Shown: positions 23,601-35,900 of the stretch, piece after piece
How positions within the stretch are numbered: position 1 is the first letter of the stretch
Layout: every line of letters starts with the position of its first letter
Made by a program: the position numbers and the translations under genes
Assembly: GCA_000708835.1 (NCBI GenBank)
Contig: DF236958.1
Span: 186,001-250,000, forward strand
From: Klebsormidium nitens
Lineage: Eukaryota > Plantae > Klebsormidiophyceae
Direction of reading: 5' to 3'
DNA length: 64,000 nt
The notes under the pieces: generated by a model
Told to the model about the DNA's origin: nothing
What the model saw: the letters and a program-made list of their open reading frames with translations, nothing else
The model's database searches: none

Positions 23601-25365
23601 GTAGCACAGGCAGGGGTTATGGTGCTGAGGCAGACGGGTGAACCTTCTCAGCTTGTTGAGATTCTTGTAAGGAAGCAAGAACCGGTGCGTGCTTTTGATC
23701 TTCTTGCTCTGCAATTCTGGCAATTATGCTCCTGTGCCCAAAAGATCGAAAGGAGAAATATCAGGCAAGTTTGACAATTACGAGAGCCGTTGAACTCAAA
23801 ATAACCTCTCACGTAAGCCCCTCACTGTCAAACGTAGTTCCCGTGCGCAAGCAGACTAGCACCTGGGTACACGGGCGATTCAGCCTGTTCTGCGCCTTGT
23901 ACATACCCCAGAAGCTTCAGAAGAGAAGAAGCGTGATTGAGGATTCACAAGCAAAGCTCGTTGTGTCGTTCTAGAGCTCGTGAAGATTACCATGTTCTAG
24001 CTTCAATGGAGCAAAACAATCATCTAGCTGATCTCACCAGCCGTCTTCGGCTCTCCGATGTCACAACCGAATTAGGACTGTAAAATCTGGCATACACATC
24101 AGGTTGAGTCTTGGGGTCCGGACGAACGCAACCAGCTTCGGCCGGCGGTAACGGGCGCCGGACCGTGAGTCAAATGTCCTGAGACTAGCTCTTGGATAGG
24201 GACCGTCAATGTGCGGAAGTGTTGTCAATCTTTTCGACCGTCAAAGAACTGCAATTCAACTAGCTATGTGCCCGTCAGGGCAGCTGAAGTGCACAACTGG
24301 CATATGCACTGACAGCCAACTAAAGGTCGGCGAGGGCCCCTTGAGTGCAAAGCATCTGCTAGCTATCCACGTACTCACGCGGTCAAATCCTAGACATGCA
24401 TTGAGCTAGCCCGGGCCGACCAGTCTTTCGTGTTTATCTGCAAGTCATACACGTACGTGCTATATGACAAGCTGGTCATCGCATCGGTTCCGGACCGCGG
24501 CACGCTCGATCCAACAGGTTTTATAATCAATAAATATTGTAGTGACTGCATGCGTGCCAACGCGCCATACATATACCGGCCTTTTACTTCTTTCTGGAGG
24601 GTTCGTCGTTGCTTGTTGGCTAATTGCTGTTCCCACATGTTAGCTTCCGAACAGCTACCTAGATTTGATGGCCCTCAGCATGTGCTGTACCGACACGTGG
24701 AAATGGCGAAGTAATGATCGACAGCCGGCCCCCTCATGTTGTGACCCACATCATGGCCGGCACGAGTGGTCAACAAGAATTACAATTCTGCATACGAAAG
24801 CTTGAGCTTTTCGCATCAATGCATGCAAGCGCCCATCCGCGGCGACCTTGTCAACTATGTCGCTGCACCGTTGTGCATGGTTCAACGAAGAAGAACCAAT
24901 CGAAGCCTCGAGGGCTGTTTAGAAAGGGACCCCGCTGCGTGCATCAAGTTCGACCAGTATTTCTGATATGCTCTTGCAGCATACTCGTCTGACTCTCTCC
25001 CTCCTTCACCTACATGAACACCTCTAGTTGTCCGCTTACTTATAAAATCTACTCTAATTCGTGCGTGCTTACTGTGCTGTGCTGTACTTTGATCTTATAA
25101 ATAGCGTTGGCGTCACACCGCTTTATTTGTTGCTCATTTATTTCGTGGCGTGCATCGCCTCCTGTCAGTCCCACATACCCGTGCATATATACTAGAGTCC
25201 GTAAGCGTATGAGGGTTCAAAGCCCAACCAAACTACTTTACAAAAGTGACCGGAAGATACCTTCCTACCCTATCACCCACCCTATGAAGACGGTTTGTGC
25301 GCTCTTTGCACCGGACGCCTTTCGATTTGATCACATCTGGTCGCCGCCCAAGACTGTCATTTAGC

Positions 25366-28300
25366 TTATTGATCGGCTTTCATCAGGCGACTCGGGTCGA
25401 GCTTGTCGTAAGTGGAGGCGTGCCGTCGTTCCACCCCCCGCGCCCGCCTCGCCATTCGCAGTTTAATCGTCGGCAGTCGCGCGGCGATCTCTCGCCAAAT
25501 CATGGCCTGCGCGCTGCCTTTTCGCCGCCAGGAATCGATGTACGTGTAGTGCTCACGTATCTGCAAAAGGATATGAAAAGATCATCAGATGTCACCCAAG
25601 AGAATGCAGACTCGCTATCTGTGGCCGGAGTCAGTTCGGGAATGCGGGTGAGACGTTCGAAACTCTGCTTCACACGTTACCCTCTCACAGAAAATCTTCC
25701 CCCCGTAAATTCCTAAATTTGGAAGCAGATTCGGAACTGGAATCCCTCTTTCCACTCGAAAATTGAATCCCTGACGTCATGAGTCGGAAGCAGACTGACA
25801 GGCTCCTTTCAAGATAGTATATAGCTCAACAAGGGGTGCGGCTGCAGATTTCAAACGCCTCCTATGTTGAACGAGATACCGATCCTTACCCTCTTGAAGG
25901 GTGAAGAGGACAGCGGATGAAGACTACACGAGGAAAATCGCAACGTGAACAGGAATGAGATAGACTGCTATCATTTTGACAACGAACAAGTCTGCACGGC
26001 GAAAACATATAAAAGAAAAACGCAAGTGGGCTGCCCTGATTGAAGCGTCTAGGCACCGTACCTTGGCCAGTTCCCGTTTCCTCCGCAGCACCTCTTCGTC
26101 GGACACCGCCCGAAGTTTTGACACCAGCAGCCCCGGCTGGACCGCGTCGGCCTCGCTCACGAATATGCATGATTGGCTGCATGGCAACAAGTGTCAAGAT
26201 TTCAGCGATTCGAGGCGTCGAAGAAAACCCGTTACTCGGCAGGGGGCGCAGAGCGTTGACGAGGACTTGCATGAACCGGCTTGGAGATCTCTGTCCTGAA
26301 CACTCTAAACTAGCACTCAATGGCCACGGAACAAGAACCGGAAGAAGTCAGCGCAGTTTTAAGAATTGGGTCAGATGGAGGTCAGTTTTGTACGGAGGCT
26401 CAATTAATGAGCAGGTCAAAGGATCACAATCACGTCGAATAACATAGATAAGCACCCTCCCGCATCCTCCTCCTCGAACCAACGGCAGGCCACATTGAAA
26501 TGAGGATTTCCCTGGACCCATGAGCGAAGCTCAGAGTAGATGCCCAGCCTTGTGCTCCCCTTTGTCTCCATCTATTTCTCATCCGCTCCTGTTCATCAGT
26601 GGTCTGAGAAGGGTTAAGTGTTCGTAAGGTCCTCTTGTTTTAGACAAAGTTCTACGATTACGCAGATACTCAACAGGTCTATTTCATAAGGAGCGGCAGC
26701 AGACAGTGCAGAACATAGGAGTAGCGGCCGCACCTGAGGTCGAGCTGGCCTTCAAAGGGGATCTCCAGGTCATCGCTTATGATGACCGGGATGCATAAGT
26801 TTACGATGGCGTCAAATAGTCGGGAGGACGACGGCGTGTCTCCGGCGGGGTCCTGTCAAGATAGCCCTGAACAGGTTAGCCCTTCCATCGGAACTGATTC
26901 GAACTAAACCAAGAACGGTCAAGGCATGGTCAAAAACCCGTTTGGGAAAACGTCTACGGCAACCCAAAAGCATGCACGGCACCTTCGGAGTCGTCGCTTG
27001 TGGTATAAGATGGATCCATCTTGTGGCTACCAAGAATGCATTGAACCTGGTCAACACCCTCTTCCTTCCAGATATTGAGCGCCAACCGTCTTTTGACCCC
27101 GCTAGAACGAGAACGACTTGATACCATGCCTGAGAACCGACTCAAGTTCCAATACAGTGTCAATACGTGACATCCGTCGGTTCAACTTTCAAAGCAGTGT
27201 CAGAAAAGGCATGAAACAATAGAGCGGGCGGAGAAGATTTACCAGGCAGAATTTTGAGCGCCGCATGGTGGCGGCCGTCAAGCCTATGGCGGTATCATTG
27301 AGGTCGCCCTGCCCTGCCCCGGCCCTTGGCCCGGTGATCACCACGTCCGGCTCGTTTATCAGCACCTCGCGCAGGCTGGAGCGCAGCTTACCCATGCCCT
27401 GCGTCAAGGGGAAAGATCAACAGCTTTTGGCGACTTTCACTTCCGAGAGGTGATTAGTTTCAAGGGACTTCAATGCCTCCGACGCTGTTTCGTAGATATA
27501 TTTGTCAGGGATCGGGGTTATTCAATTTTGAATAACTCAAAAGCTGGAGAACCTGCGGCTTCCTTGTGAATTCTGCAGAAAAGCGCATACTTTGCCTGAC
27601 GTCAACTCCTTCTTGGCTCCCCAAGATCCGCTAAGGAAACAACAGCGAGCTTGCCGCTGATACTCTATGTACTGAGAAACGGCATGCATCTGATCTCCTT
27701 AAGAAAAACCCCCGATTTGGTATTGGCGTCCCTCTTTTGCTGACGTTCTTGCTGAAGAGGACGGCAAAGTTGCTACTGTTGTGTCGGCGCTTTCATTACT
27801 GTGAGCAAATAGGGTGCTAGTCTGGATATTTTTGCGAACTTACCTTTCTGTCGAGGACTCCTGCGAAGTAGAGCAGGATGTCCGCAGTCTCCAGGAAGCG
27901 CTCGCTGGTGGCCATTCCCACCTGATCGTCCGGCAGCCACTCCACCAGGTGTGAATGCGGGACAATCACGTCTTTCTCCAAACTGGCCTGCAATGACCCA
28001 CCCGTCATCATGACGTCAGCGAGGTATCTTCGCAGGTCGGAACAGCCAGAGACTGGCGAAGCGAGCTAGTAGGGGGTGGAGTCGAGATTTTGAGCGGAGC
28101 TCTTGGGAGGATCCTGTTCGAATTTGATAAAGCGAAACAGCCAATTAGGAAGACGAATGCAAAGTGTGGAGGCCATGATTGCTTCGACCTGAGTTGCCTG
28201 CAACGTCGATGACTTAATCTCTCACGTGCATAAAGGGGATTTCAAGCGACTCCTGTTCAAGGCGGTTTTACAGAAGCCCCTCACAAAGCCTGGAATTCAT

Positions 28301-31076
28301 GGAAACAGACACGCTTGGATGCGTTGATACCGGATTCCTAGGCTGCTCCAAATGCATGAAGAAACCGGTCAACTTGCTCTAATGTAACCTTGGTAATCCA
28401 AACTGCAGATAAAACGCATTCTTCTTGAGCCGCCAGTAGTGCAATGTCGCAACGAACCTTGGACGAATGCTTGAAAACGAAGTCGACCAGTAAGTGGATG
28501 GCGGGCGCCAAAAAGTCGTCGATTCTGTTGAGTGCGAGCGGATGTATTGCTAACACCACGTGGTCGATGCCGCCCGACCGCTGCCACGGCGGCTGCGCCT
28601 CCAGCCACGACTTGAGCTCGGCCTGCAGGACGACAGCGTGACGTCAGCAGCCTGTCGATGACTTCAGCTTGCTCTCCGCAAATTGAGACGTCATCTGTGC
28701 TTGCTGAACTCTCTTGCCTATTGTCATGCCATATTCAGATAAAGGTTGTACTCGCTCCATTCCCAGCCCAGTATAGTCTCTAAGTTTTGGTGCTGCAAAA
28801 GATCACGCTTGTGGGCTCAACAAAGGATTGTTAATTACCAATGCTTCAAAAGTCTTCCCAATCTGCAGAGGCAGTGGACTACGAGGAGTGACGACAGGGG
28901 CTCATGATTATCACGTCAGAAATGAGAAAAGCTGTGAAACGTGTGTGGTGAGGTGGGGGAGAGCAGTGTACCGTGTGGGGTTTTGATGTGAGCGGGAGGC
29001 GAGGTGTGTAAATGAAACCAAGGACTCGTGCAGTGAGGAAGGGTTGTCGTGCGGTGTTTGAAGCCACAATTGCCCTGGTGATAGTGGACCCTGACACACC
29101 GAAAAAAAAACGGTTACTTTGACTGCAGACATGGCAAGTACTGTCAGCTTCCCCAAATATGACATCAGCCCCTGCTGTGAGTTGACCAGGGAGGACTGTG
29201 ACATCAGCTCTACCTTTGGTGCACTCCCTTTAAAAGCCAGAAAATATCTCTTGGGTTTAGAATCGTCAGTTGTGAGACACCTGAACATGCGCTTTTACAG
29301 AAAACCAAATCGCAGATGGAACTGACAGCAGTAGAATTCACCTCGAGCTTGGCTTGAGACTGGGCTCCTCGAGACAAACGTGTGCAAAGCTCCCCAGTCA
29401 GAAGGGGCGTGAGACAACCAGCACTTGTACACCGCAGTTACCAGGAGAAAGTCCGCTCATCAACATGAAGATGGTTTCCATACAAAACAACGTCACACAC
29501 TCGACATCTTTACAGCACGTCAGCAGTCGCTGTCACTTCAGTTGGATGTTCATTCAAAGACAAGGATTGTTTTTCACCATCATAGGCTCACCTGCAGTGC
29601 GTGGTCCTTCCTGTACAAGCTCCCACAGATGTCCTGAAAGTTGTGCCGCAGAAAGTGCTCCTTTCGGTCGCAGTTGAACGCCTGGGACGCCATGAAGGGG
29701 ACGAGGAAAACATCGGCATCGTCCGCATCAGTCACTCGAACTGCCGCGGAGTTGCTGCGCTGGGAGTCGTCGCGCATGATGTCCTGGTAGAACCACCACT
29801 CCGACGCATACGGTGTTTTCTGCAGGATGCTATTTTGAAGTTAAAATTTGACACGTAGAAAGCCCCTGTGCTTGTCCTTCACCAGGGGCAAAGTGTTGCT
29901 AACAGACTTCCTTGATCATTCCAGAAAAGGTCGTCAGGCCCCCGCTTGAAAGAGGCTGTCCCCTGAAATGCTTAAAAATGACATATTTTTGGATAATGTA
30001 AATGCCCTCTGAATTGAGTGTCAAAAAAGGCAGATGTGCAACCTAGGAGGGCCAAGCAGGTCCAATCATTTGTAGCGGTGAATTAGGGTCTGCAGAAAGG
30101 AACATCCTGATGAGGCAAGACACTCGGGTAAAAGCTGCCATTTTGGGCACTCAAATGACTGGGGCTGGTCTTGTCACAAAGCTGGCGGTGAAGGCAACCA
30201 CCGGTGGATTATTTCAGTCAATTGCAGAATGATATCTGCTTCAAATATGAAAACGCGAACAATGGCAGAATCAAGAGGGCACAGTTCAGCGTTTATCAGA
30301 TTGATCAGTCTCCATGTGGCATTTAAATCTCAGGCTTTGTTTCATTAAGCCCAAGTGAGGCTTTTCCTTAGGGAAAGGAAGCTTTTGCCAGAATACACCT
30401 TCTACAAGGGGACTTCAGCCCAACTTTCCCACACCTTCCTTTTCACTGCAAATTGACTTCTATCCAATTCTGGGACATTCGCCCATGCCACGAAAAGCGG
30501 CCGGAACTTTCAAGTGACCAACGAGAGAAACGACTCACACAAAAGAAAAGACCTTGACTTTCTCACCGTAGCGTCCTCATGCTGGTAAAATTCCCTCGTG
30601 AAGTTACTGGGCAGGTCGTAGACAAACACGCGCAACGGCCCCTTTCCTCTCTCATCGCTCTGCCGCGCCAACTCCATGCCCCCGACACTTGACATTCCTC
30701 TGGCTGTCTGCGCCCCAGCCTTCCCCATACTTCCCTCTGCAGCCCGTATATCTCCCACAGTGCTTTTTACAAGCTTCTCAGCCCCAACGTTTCCAGAGAA
30801 TTCCAGCTCCCCAGGACACTTGCAGCAGTCAGGGAAGGAAGCAGAGTCTAGTCCTGGCAACATCAGATTTGCGCTATGAGTGTCGTCAACATGCAGCTTG
30901 GACAGGAAGGATGAGAAGCAGAAGGCTAGGAAGAGCAGGGGAGTAACTAGGATGAGCATGAAAACTATATAATGTCGCCGGATCTGGATCTCAGGAAGGT
31001 CTCGGTACAACTTCTGTGGTGAGCCCCCCGGCATTGAAGTTGTTCTGGGAAGCAGGCCCATGACGGGCATGCCCAT
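25366..31076 (-). CDS. Exostosin-family glycosyltransferase (GT47, ARAD-like), 8 exons, ~543 aa
   Basis: Exons 31076-30567, 29819-29592, 28622-28458, 27987-27844, 27398-27243, 26852-26734, 26176-26062, 25560-25366, with consistent phases. N-terminal type-II TM anchor. Motifs [25 protein letters not shown] and [32 protein letters not shown]. The start codon could also be 31070 or 31061. Confidence 0.92.
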
Positions 31077-32075
31077 TGAAACTTTGACCAAAATTCTGAG
31101 CGAACTTTCCCTCAAAATAACAAGTATGTGAACTGGATGCTGGTTGCTGGGTTGACGGTTCTCGCACTAGTGGATCCAAGGTAGAAAACTAGATCACGTG
31201 CCAGAAGGTTTGAAGAATGACTGGGATATCATCCGACTCGTGTTCCAACCAAAGGTTGAGCTTTGCAATTGTGTGCATTACCAGAAAAGTGTTAGCTGTT
31301 CCCTTAGCTCCACTTGAGCAGCTCAAATTGCGCCCGGACTGCGGCAAGCTCTCCAAAATTTACAACTAGCTGAATCATGGTGCAAAGCCTGGCTGGAGCA
31401 ATCGCCAAACTGCAAACCAATTGAACTCCCTTTTAAGTGCTTCCCTTTCAGCAATGCCTGTTGCAGGTTGCAGAGAGACGGATAGAACAGCCCAGGGCTT
31501 TGTTTGATGCATGGACGTCTTCCTGGGCAGCCCCCGTTGGTAGCTGCATGCATCGAACTTGCGTCGAAGCCCCGAAAGAGGACCCCTTCAAAGGTCTGTC
31601 CACTGCATTTCGCTTTGAAAGTTTCCCAGATCCAGCGTGAAGGAGCGCCCTGCCAGCTTTGGAGTTTGGTGATGAGCTGGGCACCTCCTTTCCCAGGTGC
31701 ATCATGAACTTGTGCAAACTGATCACCATTTTGATATGCTGGCACGGGTGACGGGACTCGGCTCGGCAGTCCATCGTACGGCATATGTACGTTGCAGTAG
31801 ATGCTTTCGCGTGCGATGAGGACACTCTGGCACTTGCGATTGGCGGGGAAGATCATCTAACGGTTAGAATCGTCGGGCGTATGCTAGCGCGACAAGTGTC
31901 AATGTCGCAAAGCCTCAGGCTGCCGCAGGTCTGCGAATCCTCAACCCGCCGGCCGCGATGCACAATGCCGCGGCCGCACGCCGTGTCAATATTAGATTCA
32001 CGGAACGCGGACTTTAGACTCCAGAGCCCGCCTTTCTAGTTCCTCCAATTTTGGCGCGGGAGATGCCAGGCAAGG

Positions 32076-32785
32076 CAACCCAGACTCACGGTCCGATTCG
32101 AGAAAACCACTCGAATTACCACCGGCAGTTTTCGAGTAAATCGCTCGAATTACGGAACATTCATTTCGAACAAATCCTTCGTATTTGCCAATGCTGTTTC
32201 GAAGAATTTGTTCGAATTTGCGATTTGAAATACGAACAAAACTCTCGAATCTGGTACCGGGTCTTTTGCGCGATCTGTGGATCGTTCCGGGTGTATCTCC
32301 GCCGTCGATCTGGTGGAACATCGCGACCCACAACATCGGTCGCTGTGGACCGCCAGAATCGCGGTACATAAAGGACGGTACCCCTATGAGTGGTTGGTCG
32401 GGGCGGCGGGCGGCTGCAACTTCCCGGGTGCCGCGGACACTTTCCTCTAGACTAGTAGTTTAGGGACCGTGGCACCCGAGAAGTAACCGGGCCCTCGCAG
32501 TGACATTAGGGTCTCGCGGGCAACCGTGGGACAACCGGGCACTTCCCTAGGGCAACCGGGCCTTCCCGCCTTAGGGTTACACCACTGCGAGTGACAACCG
32601 AGCAAGTCCTTTTAGTTTTAGTGTGTGCCCGGGGCTTCCAGTAATTCGAACCTTTTCTTCGAACGGCGCTGCGAGAATACGAACGATTTGTTCGAAACCC
32701 GGCCGGCTGTTTCGAGCAATTTGTTCGAAAAGCTGCCGATGGTAATTCGAGTGGTTTTCTCGAATCGGACCGTGAGTCCGGGTTG
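32076..32785. mobile_element. MITE / non-autonomous DNA transposon (710 bp), long TIRs, CA..TG ends, 7-bp TSD GGCAAGG
   Basis: The left end CAACCCAGACTCACGGTCCGATTCGAGAAAACCACTCGAATTACCACCGGCAG matches the reverse complement of the right end at 51/53 nt, with similarity continuing to ~75 nt. GGCAAGG lies at 32069-32075 and 32786-32792. The interior is rich in TTCGAA and AACCGGG motifs. Confidence 0.85.
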
Positions 32786-32992
32786 GGCAAGGACGAGTCG
32801 GACTCGGGCTGTGCTGTGTGCAAATCTGATTCTCAGCAGGAGAGGAGTCAGGGTGGGAGGCTCGAACCGCGACCTGAAGAATGGAGCTTCGACTTGTGTG
32901 AAGTATCTCTAGACAGTCTTGCTGGCGAGCAATATCCCGGAGACTCTCTACCATGGGTTGGACACCGGAAGCGAGAAGGATCTGTTGCTAGT

Positions 32993-35900
32993 ATGGACAA
33001 GAGGGGGAGGTCCATCCCGTTTGCCAGCCTCGACGAGTCATGTATTCCCGCGTGCGCTGTGTGCATGGAACCACTTGGTAGGTCACCCAACGCAACATTG
33101 CGACGAGCTTTGGCCTTCTCTTTTGAGCCTTTTGACATTGCTCTTTTTCTGGACCCCTAGTTTGGAATGGAGGTGCTGTATCCTATTGAAGTTGCAGACT
33201 TGTCTTCTCTGTATCCAGTTGTACTCTGGTTGCGATTATGATGCAAAGTCAAGAGCAGGGCAACTTCTGGTACAACATTGTTGCCCTGGGATCGTCCAGC
33301 TTCCTTTGAGCTCCTTCTGTCCAAGAAAGTCTTCTGCGCTGTCTTCGTTCACTGATTCTTGAAGCCTCTCTTCAGGCTACTCCAGACATTCACATTCTTA
33401 CGATTCTGAGTATGCAGGACTTTACGGAGGACCAGCTTCGCTTCCCTGCGGTCATAACGGGTGTCTCCATTGCCTGCAGCAGGTAAAGCATTCCAACAGA
33501 GATACGTCTTGCCCCATACCCTCGATCATCCGTAGAATTGTTCAGTCGGCGCCTTTGTTCATGTGGTAATGTATTGTACCTTATGAGATTCCGTAACCCA
33601 ATCTGGTCAGCTTGTTAGCTGTCCGTTCTGTATTGTCGGACAGCGCCTTCTGTTGCAGAAATTTCTTATTCCTTGAGCAGTCACGATTTTGAGACTGACC
33701 TCCACATACAAAAGGAAGTTTAGGGTTCTGGCTGTTTGAGCTGTGGCAGTTTGCAAGCCTGTAGTCTGCCCTAAAGCCTTGGTGTCAGGACCCCAAGCTT
33801 TGCTGCTTCGAGGGGCATCCTGCTTCTTGATTTTCTCTTGGCCTGTTCATCTTGACATACGTGTACACACAGAAGCAGATGAAAGGGAGCTGACGTTGAT
33901 TCCGGCGACTTGTTAACAGAATCAGGTCTCTTTTGATGATTAGCGAGACACTTGAACCAGAACGAGATGAATATTCCCATAATATCATCCTTGCATGTTC
34001 TAGTGCATGGCTCTGTTCAGCCTGCCGGTTCCTTCTTTCAATCCCTCGTGAGCTATGGTCCTCCTGCAGTCTATTGCAGCTGCTGTGTAGCCCCGGCTTT
34101 CTTATTTCGGCTTTCTTATTGTATGCTCAACGGCTGAGACAACAAGCTCCCCAACAAAGCTATGCCTGGCTAAGATGAATGTTCGGCGGAGCTAGTCCTC
34201 TCTGTTAACATGTGTGACCCGGAGTTACCGGTCACATAGACCGTGCTTTACATTTGAAGATCTCTAACCAGACCCGTAACCCCTGCAGGTCCAGGCCAGC
34301 TCCCACGGGCCACTGTGTCCACTCTGCCGCAACCCGTTTGAGGCTAGCCTCGCGCTCTCCGTAAACACCGAGCTCAGGGACGCTTTGCAGAGGGCTGCCG
34401 TCGCAGCAGCACGCGCGGCGGTCGAAAAGGGACCTGTGCACGGTAGGTTATCGCCTCTGCGAGCCACATTGTCAAGTGCCTTTGGAAAGTCTGGTTGCTG
34501 GCTGTTACAGAGCTGTTGGCGCCTTGGGTGGCTGCTTGCTTGCTCAAGATCGTCAGCCTGTCTCTAGTTGTTACAAAACCTCTTTCTGCTTTTTTGTATT
34601 GGCTCAGTAAGTTGATGGACGGTTTCCAGTCTGCAGCGTAGTCAACTAAGCACCTCTAAGTTTGTTAAACTAGCATCAGGGCGAGGTTAGCGCTTTTGCA
34701 CTCCTGTCTCTGAAAGCAGTTCGAGGTACTCGCTCGTTTTGTTCAACGAGAAAAACGTTCATCAAGAAGCTGCCTCAATCTCATTTGTCTTACATGGATG
34801 CCTTTTTGTCCTTACATCCATGCTCTTGCAGTCCCTAGACCTCCTGGAAATCCTTCAAAAACAGTCTGCTCTGACACGTTTGCACGAGCCTCAATGTACA
34901 TATTTACGTTGCAGGGGGAGACCTAGGCCCCTGGCTGGCAGTTGACCACCACCCCCTGGCAAGCAAGAAGGGCTTTGTTGACCACGAGTGGGCCGCCGCG
35001 CACGCTGCCGAGGACCAGGTCTGGGGGCAGCAGAACCAGCCCCCCCCCAAAGGCGAATCCTCGGTTTGGAACATCATCAGGGGGGTCCTCGCGCTTGTGT
35101 CCGGCAGTGGGGGGGACAGCTTTGAAGACGTGTCGGGTGTATTCCGACAAGCTAGGAAAGGGGGGTCGAGGAGGGGCCGCAGCGATCCAATGGGGTTTGG
35201 GCACATTCCGAGTGCTCCTCCTCTTGCGGCAGGAGGGATGCAGGGAGATGATTATGAGGGGGGGGATGATGTGCGGTTGATCAAAGCGGTGCTGGATTCA
35301 GAGCCCCCTCAGTGGATGCCAGACAGTTCCAGCAGTGGCTGCATGCAGGCATGGTTATTCGGCCTTTTCTTCCGAGCCGCTTTTGATTTTGAAAAGGAGA
35401 GTGATGGAAAGGCGTGCATGTATGCTCTCCCTTCGGTGAACAAAAGCGCTAATGGATTTTCGGCTCACAACTCCTACCCGGTAGAGAGCAAGTTTTATCT
35501 GCTGATGTCTGCATCTCCCTTTGCACAGACGAAGTTGCCAGCTCCCTTTTGGAACACCCGTAAGAATCTGTCTTCTGCGTTTTTGCCTGCTGGTTGATTA
35601 CAACCAAGGCCGCTGTGTGGCTAGCAGAGTAGGATACGTGGACTGTACATATGGGCACCGCCATGTTAGACCAAACCTGTCAGCAGCCTTTGTTCCTTGG
35701 AGCCCTTAACTGTCACTCCGCTTATCGCTTCGCTCTCTACTGTCGGCAGGTCAAATGAAACTCTTGTCCATTTTTAATAGCTGCGTTGCTTAGTCTCTTT
35801 CTTTGAGGCGCGTAAGTTCGAAAGACCCCCGAAGCTTCTGGACAAGAAGGATCGAGGGACTATAAGTCTCAAATGCCATACAACCGTGTCAGCATCTCAC

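Noticed and set aside
20860-25300. Possible gene(s) between the WW gene and the GT47 gene (e.g. ORF 22418-22678)
   Set aside because: Only short ORFs with no recognisable domain, and no phase-consistent exon chain could be built.
30107-30170. CTGATGA hammerhead-like core
   Set aside because: No GAAA after the candidate stem II and no stems I/III found.
32130-32750. TTCGAA clusters as heat-shock elements
   Set aside because: HSEs need GAAnnTTC/TTCnnGAA spacing; these are mostly zero-spacer palindromes within a MITE.
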